From contig NZ_CP064923.1 in NCBI RefSeq assembly GCF_018336915.1, forward strand, positions 4,779,846-4,803,845: a DNA stretch of 24,000 nucleotides, given 5' to 3'. Below, piece after piece: positions 17,177-23,979 of this stretch. The position numbers and the translations under genes were made by a program. Under the pieces are notes generated by a model. The model searched no databases. It was not told the DNA's origin and saw only the letters and a list, made by a program, of their open reading frames with translations. Within the stretch, counting starts at the first letter, position 1; each line of letters opens with the position of its first letter. The stretch is from Acaryochloris marina S15 (GTDB taxonomy: Bacteria; Cyanobacteriota; Cyanobacteriia; Thermosynechococcales; Thermosynechococcaceae).

Positions 17177-18607
17177 CTAGCTGTTGGACTCATTAATAGC
17201 AGTCCATTCCGTATGAAACGTCCCTTCCTTGTCAATCCGCTGATAGGTATGGGCACCAAAGAAATCGCGCTGGGCCTGGGTTAGGTTTTGGGGCAGGCGA
17301 TCACGGCGATAGCTATCAAAGTAATCCAAAGAAGCACTAAAGGCCGGGACTGGAATACCGAGCTGAGCTGCAGTGGCCATCACTTCTCGCCAGGCTTGCT
17401 GACGGTCCAAAATGGTCTGCCGAAACTCAGGAGCAAGCAGTAGGTTGGCTAGGGCCGGATCATCGGCAAAGGCTGACTTGATCTTGTCCAAGAAGCTCGC
17501 CCGAATAATACAGCCCCCCTTCCAAATCCGAGAGATTTCACTCAAATTCAGATTGAAATTAAATTCCTTTGAAGCGGCACTCATCAAAGCCATGCCCTGA
17601 GCATAGGAGCAAATCTTGGAGCAATAAAGGGCATCTCGAACTTTGCCAATAAAGGCTTGCTTGTCGCCACTAAAGGTGGCCGTGGGTCCGGTCAAGATTT
17701 CAGCAGCCTTAACCCGCTCATCCTTAAAAGATGAGGTAATTCGAGCATTCACAGCTGCTGTAATCGTGGGGATGGGTACGCCTAATTCCAAGGCACTCAT
17801 CACGGTCCAACGGCCTGTGCCTTTCTGGCCTGCTTTATCCAAAATTAGCTCGACTAGAGGCTGCTGGGTACCTGGATCAACGTAGGTAAAAATTTCAGCC
17901 GTAATTTCCACCAAAAAGGAATTCAGTTCATCCGTGGTGTTCCACTCACTAAACACCTCATGCAGTTCTGTATGACTCAGTCCTAGAACATTTTTGAGCA
18001 GGTCATAGGCTTCGGCAATCAGCTGCATATCGCCATATTCAATGCCGTTATGGACCATTTTGACGTAGTGACCTGCACCCCCTGGGCCAATATAGGTGAC
18101 GCAAGGCCCGTCATCCACCTGAGCCGCAATTTTCGTCAGAATTGGAGACAGATCTTTATAGGCTGCTTCTGTGCCTCCGGGCATCAGACTGGGACCGTTC
18201 AGCGCCCCTTCTTCACCACCACTAACGCCCATGCCGATGAAGCGCAAGCCAACTGCTTCTAGCTCTTCTGTGCGGCGAACTGTATCTCCATACAAAGAGT
18301 TACCGCCATCAATCAGCACATCGCCTGGCTCTAGCATGGGCTTAAGCTGCTGAATCACCGCATCCACAGGTGCGCCAGCTTTCACCATGATCATGATGCG
18401 TCGAGGACGGGCAAGGGATGCTACGAGTTCTTCGGGCGTAAACGCGGCGACCACTTGTCGTCCTTGGGCCCGCTCCGCCATAAAGGCATCTGTTTTTGCT
18501 CGTGTCCGATTGTAGACAGCGATGGGAAAACCATTGCGCTCAACGTTGAGGGCTAGATTTTCCCCCATGACCGCGAGGCCAATCAGTCCAAATTGTTGCT
18601 GGGGCAT
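17177..18607 (-). CDS. gnd: 6-phosphogluconate dehydrogenase, decarboxylating (NADP+)
   Basis: 476 aa with an unmistakable Gnd sequence (GLIGLAVMGENLALNVERNGF..., IDGGNS, GMGVSGGEEGA, HNGIEYGDMQLI, AQRDFFGAHTY). Confidence 0.95.
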   Translation of the reverse strand: MPQQQFGLIGLAVMGENLALNVERNGFPIAVYNRTRAKTDAFMAERAQGRQVVAAFTPEELVASLARPRRIMIMVKAGAPVDAVIQQLKPMLEPGDVLIDGGNSLYGDTVRRTEELEAVGLRFIGMGVSGGEEGALNGPSLMPGGTEAAYKDLSPILTKIAAQVDDGPCVTYIGPGGAGHYVKMVHNGIEYGDMQLIAEAYDLLKNVLGLSHTELHEVFSEWNTTDELNSFLVEITAEIFTYVDPGTQQPLVELILDKAGQKGTGRWTVMSALELGVPIPTITAAVNARITSSFKDERVKAAEILTGPTATFSGDKQAFIGKVRDALYCSKICSYAQGMALMSAASKEFNFNLNLSEISRIWKGGCIIRASFLDKIKSAFADDPALANLLLAPEFRQTILDRQQAWREVMATAAQLGIPVPAFSASLDYFDSYRRDRLPQNLTQAQRDFFGAHTYQRIDKEGTFHTEWTAINESNS

Positions 18608-18862
18608 AAGGAATTTGCTCTAAATAATGAGAGTCACAATGCGTTCACTACAGGGTAGCTCGATCCCCATGGGAACTACTGGAAGAAGAGATTAAAAGAC
18701 ACCAAGAATCGGGTGAGAATCGGTCAGACATTACACAAGTCAGCCATCCTGAGCGGGTATTTAATGCCTATCAACAGTGTTCAGCTAAGCTTCATCAAAT
18801 GGTTGTCAGAATACAAGCCTTCAAATAGCTTCTCAATCTTAAAGCGCAGGTGTTTTCAGAAT

Positions 18863-18888
18863 CTGCTTCCTTAAATTTAAGGAAGCAG
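18863..18888. repeat. Perfect 26-bp palindrome CTGCTTCCTTAAA|TTTAAGGAAGCAG
   Basis: Read directly. The 13-nt arms have no spacer. It lies 256 nt upstream of gnd and 65 nt from the IS1-family end. Confidence 0.7.
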
Positions 18889-18944
18889 AGTTATTGATTG
18901 CTCTTGTAGCTCAAAAAACACATTGCTAAATAGACTTGTTCCTC

Positions 18945-18952
18945 ATTCATTG
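18945..18952. repeat. Target-site duplication (left copy) of the IS1-family element
   Basis: ATTCATTG immediately abuts the left IR. An identical octamer sits at 19856-19863. Confidence 0.85.
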
Positions 18953-18961
18953 GGTCGTGCA

Positions 18962-19462
18962 TCAAACAATTGTGGGGTAGGTGAGTATGTCATCCCAATG
19001 CCAAGCTCGCGAGGCTAGATCAGCACGTTGTGCCGCCGTTGTTTTAAGCCGACTGTGTGTCCAAATCCAATTGAAATAGCTGACCACTAATCGAGCAGTG
19101 ACTTTGGTTTGCGCCCACACTTTGCCAAATTTGTTCTGGCGTCGATGCCATCGACCACTGTGCTGTCGAATAATGCCATTGGTGCGTTCGAGTCGTTGAG
19201 TTCTGTCCTTGCCAATGTAATGGTCAATCTCCCAAGGCAACACTCTTTCGTAACCACCCCAATCGTCGCTATTCCAGTCCTTGCAATCGGTCTTACCTTC
19301 AGTGCTAGTCACCAGTTCATTCAATAATGAATCGGTGTGCTTGCCCACACGACACGAGAGGATCACGCCGCTTGTGTTTGCCAAGGTAATCGCCATCCAA
19401 CAATCACCCATCTCTAGCTCATGGGGAAGACAGTGTTTTTGCTTTTTTTCACAAAGGACCAC
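18962..19462 (-). CDS. IS1-family transposase catalytic part (InsB-like frame; expressed as an InsAB fusion)
   Basis: The -1 frame relative to InsA has no convincing independent start (GTG in the track). The IS1-type DDE region includes WMAITL..., DDWGGYERV and IGKDRTQRLERTNGIIRQ. Confidence 0.85.
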   Translation of the reverse strand: MVLCEKKQKHCLPHELEMGDCWMAITLANTSGVILSCRVGKHTDSLLNELVTSTEGKTDCKDWNSDDWGGYERVLPWEIDHYIGKDRTQRLERTNGIIRQHSGRWHRRQNKFGKVWAQTKVTARLVVSYFNWIWTHSRLKTTAAQRADLASRAWHWDDILTYPTIV

Positions 19463-19791
19463 ATTTCATCTGCACTGACATCCTCCGTTTCAACGGCTTG
19501 CACTTGGCCATTATGGAGTTGCTGAGATCGTTGGCTAGCAGCTCTTACTAGAGAGACTACAGTGTTGTAAGCCAGGCCACTGGTCCGAGTGATACCTCGA
19601 AGACTACTCCCTTCTGCATGGGCTTGGAGAACTTGTCGGACCTGCTCTGGACTCACCTGACGACGATAGTAAAGGGTATCAAAGCGTTCAGTAAAGGTCT
19701 GCTGGCACTCAGGACAACGGTATCGTTGAAGCATGTTGGGCATCTTGCCATGCTTGTGTGCTTTGGAATGACCGCATAGTGGGCATTGCAT
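19414..19791 (-). CDS. IS1-family InsA-like protein (zinc finger + HTH), upstream frame of the transposase
   Basis: MQCPLCGHSKAHKHGK...YRCPECQQTF zinc-finger pair, an HTH region and ADEMWSFVKK at the frameshift window. Confidence 0.85.
   Translation of the reverse strand: MQCPLCGHSKAHKHGKMPNMLQRYRCPECQQTFTERFDTLYYRRQVSPEQVRQVLQAHAEGSSLRGITRTSGLAYNTVVSLVRAASQRSQQLHNGQVQAVETEDVSADEMWSFVKKSKNTVFPMS
19443..19449 (-). promoter_or_regulatory. Programmed -1 ribosomal frameshift site (A7 run)
   Basis: The minus strand reads TTT GTG AAA AAA AGC. A -1 slip joins ...EMWSFVKK to KQKHCLPHELEMGDCWMAI of the downstream ORF, as in IS1 InsAB' production. Confidence 0.7.
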
Positions 19792-19855
19792 GGGTAGGTT
19801 AGAAGCTGAGCTGAGCCTCTAGTATACTCAACCCACAATTACTTGAGGCACGACC

Positions 19856-19863
19856 ATTCATTG
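19856..19863. repeat. Target-site duplication (right copy) of the IS1-family element
   Basis: ATTCATTG immediately follows the right IR. Confidence 0.85.
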
Positions 19864-19989
19864 CTATCGTTGCCGTTGAATCGTCGCTCCTAACACAGAG
19901 AATCATCAACGAGTAAGTGCATGCGGAAAGCAGGCTATATCACATGCTGCTGTATTCTACTTGGGAATGAAGAATGTAAAGCGTAGTAC

Positions 19990-20331
19990 ATGGCAAAACT
20001 ACCCGAGAGTCTCCTATCCACAATTTTTGAGTTGCTTCAGAAACTTGCTAAAGGGATTGAGGAGGCATCTGCAATTGAGTGGACTCTCTACGAGCAGCAT
20101 GGTGAAACAGCTGAAACAATGGAAGAGTTAAGAGAACTACAGAATGCTAGAGAGCGTCTGGTGTCCCCTTACTCACGTTTGAACACATTATTGCTTAGAA
20201 TTTTGGAGTCCCAACCTATAGCTGACCCTGCTATGCTGGAATTATTGATCCAAACAGTAAGTCAAGCTCAAGCCTCAACTGATGCGTCTTGGGCCAGTGT
20301 TCAAGAGGTCAAACGAGTTTGGAGGCTTTGA
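19990..20331 (+). CDS. Hypothetical small acidic helical protein (113 aa)
   Basis: ORF only, with no recognisable domain. Its stop overlaps the start of the next ORF. Confidence 0.55.
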   Translation: MAKLPESLLSTIFELLQKLAKGIEEASAIEWTLYEQHGETAETMEELRELQNARERLVSPYSRLNTLLLRILESQPIADPAMLELLIQTVSQAQASTDASWASVQEVKRVWRL

Positions 20332-20507
20332 TGGCAGATAACAAAACAGCGATTCCAAGCATTGAAGAAAGGCAACAGGCTCTTGAAATGCTAAGAGTGA
20401 GCAACCAACAGTTGGAACTCACCGCCATAGCATTAGACAAACTGATAACCACAGTAGAGACAGGTCTAAGCCGACAATATCACCAGCGCGTGGAGAAAAG
20501 CCTCTAG
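20331..20507 (+). CDS. Hypothetical small helical protein (58 aa), translationally coupled to the upstream ORF
   Basis: I prefer the ATG at 20331 (MADNKTAIPSIEERQQ...) because of the TGATG stop/start overlap and a GGAGG at 20321-20325. The track start at 20289 lies inside the upstream gene. Confidence 0.5.
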   Translation: MADNKTAIPSIEERQQALEMLRVSNQQLELTAIALDKLITTVETGLSRQYHQRVEKSL

Positions 20508-20517
20508 CAGCTCTACT

Positions 20518-20588
20518 TCCTAACAAGTTTGTCTCAGGGGCGCAGGTGGAATTTGAAAAATCTCCATAGAGGGTGCGCATTGTTAATG
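20518..20588 (-). other. attC-like recombination site (P3), 71 bp
   Basis: The minus strand reads CATTAAC...GTTAGGA. The TAACAA/TTGTTA, GCGCA/TGCGC and TGGA/TCCA pairings form an imperfect hairpin. It shares the central ATTTGAAAA with P2 in the same orientation. It lies 34 nt after the stop of the 20623-21162 ORF. Confidence 0.5.
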
Positions 20589-20622
20589 CCGTACACTCCG
20601 TATAAGCGAGACACACTAAGGT

Positions 20623-21162
20623 CTAATAGTATTTTTCAGGGAAACCATAAAGCAGTTCACTCGGATAGGCTGTATCAACTAGAAATTCAGAAACTTCGAC
20701 ATCAAATAATTGGCTGATCGAATACTTATCGAGGTATTCCTTGATTTGACTTGGATTTGAAAGATCGTAGTCATTGATGTATTGATCAACAATTTCACTG
20801 CGCAAAGAATGCAGCCATCTCTGAGGAAAATCACTGTCTAAGTCTGAATCAAAAAAAGGAATTAATAAGAAGATAGGATCCAGCTTTTCTGAAGATTTAC
20901 TCTGCAATATTGGCAGAGGTTGCAGAATACATATTCCTCTATTGATACGAGCATCCGACCAATGTTCGAATTTCGGTAGTGGCGGGAAAAATCTACTAAT
21001 CCCTGTGTCGCAGGCGGCTCGCCATTCAGCCATACCAGATGTATAGACTAACGTTTTTTGATTGACTACATTTGTTAATGCCAGCTCTCTAAGTTGAGCG
21101 AGAGAGATAGGGCCTACAACTTCTTTGCCAACCATATAATGCCAAGCATCATTGTCGCTCAT
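20623..21162 (-). CDS. GYF_2 (DUF4339)-domain protein with an uncharacterised C-terminal domain
   Basis: The N-terminus WHYMVGKEVVGPISLAQLRELALTNVVNQKTLVYTSGMAEWRAA fits the bacterial GYF_2 pattern. I do not recognise the rest. Confidence 0.7.
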   Translation of the reverse strand: MSDNDAWHYMVGKEVVGPISLAQLRELALTNVVNQKTLVYTSGMAEWRAACDTGISRFFPPLPKFEHWSDARINRGICILQPLPILQSKSSEKLDPIFLLIPFFDSDLDSDFPQRWLHSLRSEIVDQYINDYDLSNPSQIKEYLDKYSISQLFDVEVSEFLVDTAYPSELLYGFPEKYY

Positions 21163-21354
21163 ATCAGCATTTAATTGATTTTGGTAACAGCTTCACGAAG
21201 TGCCATCAAAGGTACGAATGGCTATCAGAAAAGTTCAATAAATCGCTCAAGTCTAAGCTTTCCTTGCACAGGATGAATTAGATAACGCAACAACAAAGAG
21301 TGACTTATAAAACTATAGGTGATCTCCCATCTACCCCAAACACATAGAAAATAT

Positions 21355-21870
21355 TTAGAACGTCACATACAGCCCACTCTGTCGCGCAAGGCAACTTCTG
21401 AGGAATGAAAGGTACTCTATCGTCAAGGAATTATCCGACTTAGATAGAAGTTCAAAGGACTGGCTTACCTCATCTGGTGATTGAAAATACGATCCCATTT
21501 TCCCTGGATCAAACGGATTGAAAGAAGGTCCAACGGTTTGACCCAACAGAGCGGCTTGGGATGAGTGAGTTAAACAATCGCCACAATCAAGCCATGCAGA
21601 ACCGATACCAAAATCTTTGATTGGATCATAGAAGCGGGTAATCGCAAAATCTCCAAGTGTGTGAACATCATGAACATTTTCTACTTGTGTTCGCCAATCT
21701 AAATTGAGAGGTTCCCCTTCATATGGATCAACAAGGAATCGCACATTTTCTTCTATGTATGAGTGCAGTGGAACTACATCATTTGATGCAAGAGCATTAT
21801 GTAAAATCGTGAGAAAGTCAGTCTTAAAAAACTGCCAATCAAATTCGAAAGCTTTATGCTCCATCGACAT
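21355..21870 (-). CDS. Hypothetical protein (171 aa), no recognisable domain
   Basis: ORF only, A+T-rich. It starts 17 nt after the attC-like site P1. Confidence 0.6.
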   Translation of the reverse strand: MSMEHKAFEFDWQFFKTDFLTILHNALASNDVVPLHSYIEENVRFLVDPYEGEPLNLDWRTQVENVHDVHTLGDFAITRFYDPIKDFGIGSAWLDCGDCLTHSSQAALLGQTVGPSFNPFDPGKMGSYFQSPDEVSQSFELLSKSDNSLTIEYLSFLRSCLARQSGLYVTF

Positions 21871-21886
21871 AAATCAAAGTTGGATC

Positions 21887-21976
21887 GGTTAACGCCCAAA
21901 ATCACCGGGCCGCTGCTAGCGACGCTCCATTTAAATCTGACTGAATCGGCGGCTCCGGTGCATGTATTTGTTAGGC
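21887..21976 (-). other. attC-like recombination site (P1), 90 bp
   Basis: The minus strand reads GCCTAAC...GTTAACC. The TAA stop of the TIR ORF lies within the first box. CACCGGGCCGC (21903-21913) pairs with GCGGC-T-CCGGTG (21949-21960), leaving one extrahelical base. TAAC/GTTA close the hairpin. It is homologous to P2 over most of its length. Confidence 0.65.
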
Positions 21977-22822
21977 ATTTTTTACGCCGAGTGCAAAATC
22001 GAGTGCGCGCTGAAAACGGGATAAAGGGATTCCGTGCTCCGTTCGTTCTAAGTCAGACGAGTGATAGTTCAGCCAATGATATTTCTTCAACGCCTCTGGT
22101 GGTTCACAGTCTGTGTCCAACAAAACGGGAATAATGTAGATTTCGCCCTCTGGCACCTCCTCTGCGACCTCAACGCTCTTGCGCAGTTCTTTTTGAAAGT
22201 AGCCGCGCTTAGCTATTGCATTGGAAGAGAGCAGCGGCATAAACACCTGAGATCGACGAATAGCCCTTCGGATTTCAAGCCCCCAATCCTGGCCGGGAAT
22301 TAATGACTCTTCGTCGAACCAGAGTCGGTATCCCATTATCTTGAGTTTTTCGTAAATCGTACGGGCAATTTCCACGTCGACGCGCGAATAAGATAGGAAA
22401 ATCTGGTCGGAGCTGCGCTGGTGCCGTTCTCCCAATTCATCCACGTGTCTAAGAATCTCGTTGATCGCAGCATCTTCATCGCCATCAAAGTAAACAAGTC
22501 GTTCTCCAGCAAGATATTTCGGCGCACGGCTAACAAGCTTTTGTGTGGTGAGCAAGACGGTCCGATGGTCGTTGCCGTGACCAGTGAAAAAGGCAATCTC
22601 ACTTGCCACATTTGCGTACCATGTGGTGTGCAAACCAACAGCAACCAATGTGTCGGCATTCCGAATTGCTTTCGCGACGTCATCATCAACGAACGAAAAC
22701 TCGGAAAAATCGGCCCGGATTTGTTCACCAGCGATCGCTTGGTGTCCTGATTTTGTGATGCGCTGCGCAATCTTGAGAGCGAATTCCTTGTCGTAGTTGG
22801 TATGAGCGACGAAAACAATCAT
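21971..22822 (-). CDS. Tandem TIR-like / TIR-domain protein
   Basis: The C-terminal half is a clear TIR_2-type domain (IFLSYSRVDVEIARTIYEKLKIMGYRLWFDEESLIPGQDW...VFMPLLSSNAIAKRGYFQKELR...IIPVLLD), including the conserved Glu position. The N-terminal half (MIVFVAHTNYDKEFALKIAQRI...ADTLVAVG...WYANVASEIAF) looks like a second, divergent TIR/flavodoxin-like fold. Confidence 0.85.
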   Translation of the reverse strand: MIVFVAHTNYDKEFALKIAQRITKSGHQAIAGEQIRADFSEFSFVDDDVAKAIRNADTLVAVGLHTTWYANVASEIAFFTGHGNDHRTVLLTTQKLVSRAPKYLAGERLVYFDGDEDAAINEILRHVDELGERHQRSSDQIFLSYSRVDVEIARTIYEKLKIMGYRLWFDEESLIPGQDWGLEIRRAIRRSQVFMPLLSSNAIAKRGYFQKELRKSVEVAEEVPEGEIYIIPVLLDTDCEPPEALKKYHWLNYHSSDLERTEHGIPLSRFQRALDFALGVKNA

Positions 22823-22848
22823 CTGAATGCCTAAATATACTTATGAAT

Positions 22849-22949
22849 ACCTAACGTCTGGCATAATCGGGCCGCCGCGATTGATGCTCTATTTGAAAAC
22901 GTGTTGAAAACGTGCTGACGGGGGCTCCGCGTTCATGCCTTTGTTATGC
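22849..22949 (-). other. attC-like recombination site (P2), 101 bp
   Basis: The minus strand reads GCATAAC...GTTAGGT. The TAA stop of the upstream ORF lies within the first box. GGCAT/ATGCC and GC-rich pairings are present. There is an internal 11-nt tandem duplication TTGAAAACGTG x2 (22893-22914). It is homologous to P1. Confidence 0.65.
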
Positions 22950-23969
22950 GATATTGGAAAACATCTTGGGAGGCTCCTCATCGCTGTGGTCAATATTGAA
23001 CTTGGCGACTCCGTTATCATATGCAGTCCGGTAGTCGCTGCTGTTACCAATTGCGGTGTAGAATCCACTGGTAAACACTGTGGCCCCTGCATCGGAGATG
23101 ATTCCGGTCGCACCGATGGTGAATGGGACATCAGCGGACACACGCTCGGCCAATCCATCAGTTTCGCAGCACGAGAACAGGACGCATTCGAGCTTCTTTG
23201 CGAGCGGGCGAAGGAGCGCATGGAATAAATCGTAGCTCACAGCTTTAGTGGTACCATCCGATGATTCAAACAGAAATCCGCCTGTCTCCGTGCCAGAGCA
23301 CGACAAATGAAGGATTTCGGGATGGTGCAAAAGCAGTAATCGATCCAAGTCGTGGGCTTGCACGGCCCACTCTTGTTCAAGAACTATTTCACCAGATCGA
23401 CGTGCAGATTCGAGTGCCCGCGTAATTCGCCGCACCTCACAATCCATTCGAAGCCGATTCTCGTCAATCGGATTGGCACAGAGCACCAGTACCTTTCGTG
23501 CGGCTTTCCGCTGACCCCAATTTTGTAATTCTTGCCGAATCGTGAAGCATGCGGGACCGACCGCGGTCAATAAGTTTCCTTGGTCCGCACTGCGGTAAGC
23601 GGCAAAGGTCACACCATGGAGGTCACTGATAACGTCAGGCTTGGCACTTGCGTCGAAAACAGCAAATGTCCGTGAACGCCCGACGTGACCATAGAAAAGT
23701 CCAAGTTCAAAAAGAACGTTTCCGCGCGTAGTTCCGGTCTCCGCTCCGCGGCTAACAAGAGTATCGTCGCTGCGAAGAACGAAAATGCCGTAGTCGAATT
23801 GCTTGACGGTGTCCACCAACGTCTCAAGATAGCCATGCGATAGACTGAATACACCTTCGTTCCAAAGGACGACCTCGGCGGCGTCAGCGAGTTGGTGTTG
23901 GATCGCTCTGGCAACATCAAGCCCTTCAGACGACGACCCAATGAAGACTCGTGGTTTTTGTATTGTCAT
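22944..23969 (-). CDS. TIR-like (CAP12/Pycsar-effector-type, PF10137-like) N-terminal domain fused to a CHAT/caspase-like C-terminal domain
   Basis: The N-terminus RVFIGSSSEGLDVARAIQHQL...WNEGVF...LETL...FDYGIFVLRSDD...RGNVLFELGLFYGHVGRSRTF fits the TIR-like nucleotide-binding family. The C-terminus KVLVLCANPIDENRLRMDCEVRRI...ILHLSCSG...ECVLFSCCETDG...IGATGIISDAGATVFTSGFY matches the small CHAT-like module common in cyanobacteria (consensus ...HFSGHG...LNAC...). Confidence 0.8.
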   Translation of the reverse strand: MTIQKPRVFIGSSSEGLDVARAIQHQLADAAEVVLWNEGVFSLSHGYLETLVDTVKQFDYGIFVLRSDDTLVSRGAETGTTRGNVLFELGLFYGHVGRSRTFAVFDASAKPDVISDLHGVTFAAYRSADQGNLLTAVGPACFTIRQELQNWGQRKAARKVLVLCANPIDENRLRMDCEVRRITRALESARRSGEIVLEQEWAVQAHDLDRLLLLHHPEILHLSCSGTETGGFLFESSDGTTKAVSYDLFHALLRPLAKKLECVLFSCCETDGLAERVSADVPFTIGATGIISDAGATVFTSGFYTAIGNSSDYRTAYDNGVAKFNIDHSDEEPPKMFSNIA

Positions 23970-23979
23970 TTGTTCGATC

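Larger units (their letters stand above)
18953..19855 (-). mobile_element. IS1-family insertion sequence, apparently intact (903 bp)
   Basis: IRs GGTCGTGCATCAAACAATTGTGGG (18953-18976) versus the reverse complement of 19832-19855 (GGTCGTGCCTCAAGTAATTGTGGG), 21/24 identical and starting with GGT as in IS1. Perfect 8-bp direct repeats flank it. It has the two-ORF InsA/InsB organisation with a slippery A7 run. The transposase stop lies inside the IR. Confidence 0.9.

Noticed and set aside
19888-19936. A possible fifth, degenerate attC-like site (P4). TCCTAAC at 19888-19894 is identical to the P3 box. AATCATC resembles AATCACC in P1. GTGCATG...AGGC resembles the right end of P1.
   Set aside because: It is only about 49 bp, the right-hand core is AGCAGGC rather than GTTRRRY, and the two halves show little self-complementarity. 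I cannot support it as a functional site. The end of the array and the status of the 19990-20507 unit as a true cassette remain open.
21856-22134. 92-aa plus-strand ORF spanning the attC-like site P1 and the 3' end of the TIR gene.
   Set aside because: It is antisense to a well-supported TIR CDS and reads through a repeat element, so it is probably a chance ORF in GC-rich antisense sequence. The same reasoning applies to 22061..22303, 22421..22750, 22584..22796, 22935..23228 and the alternative-frame ORFs 22336..22818, 22889..23221 and 23609..23941.
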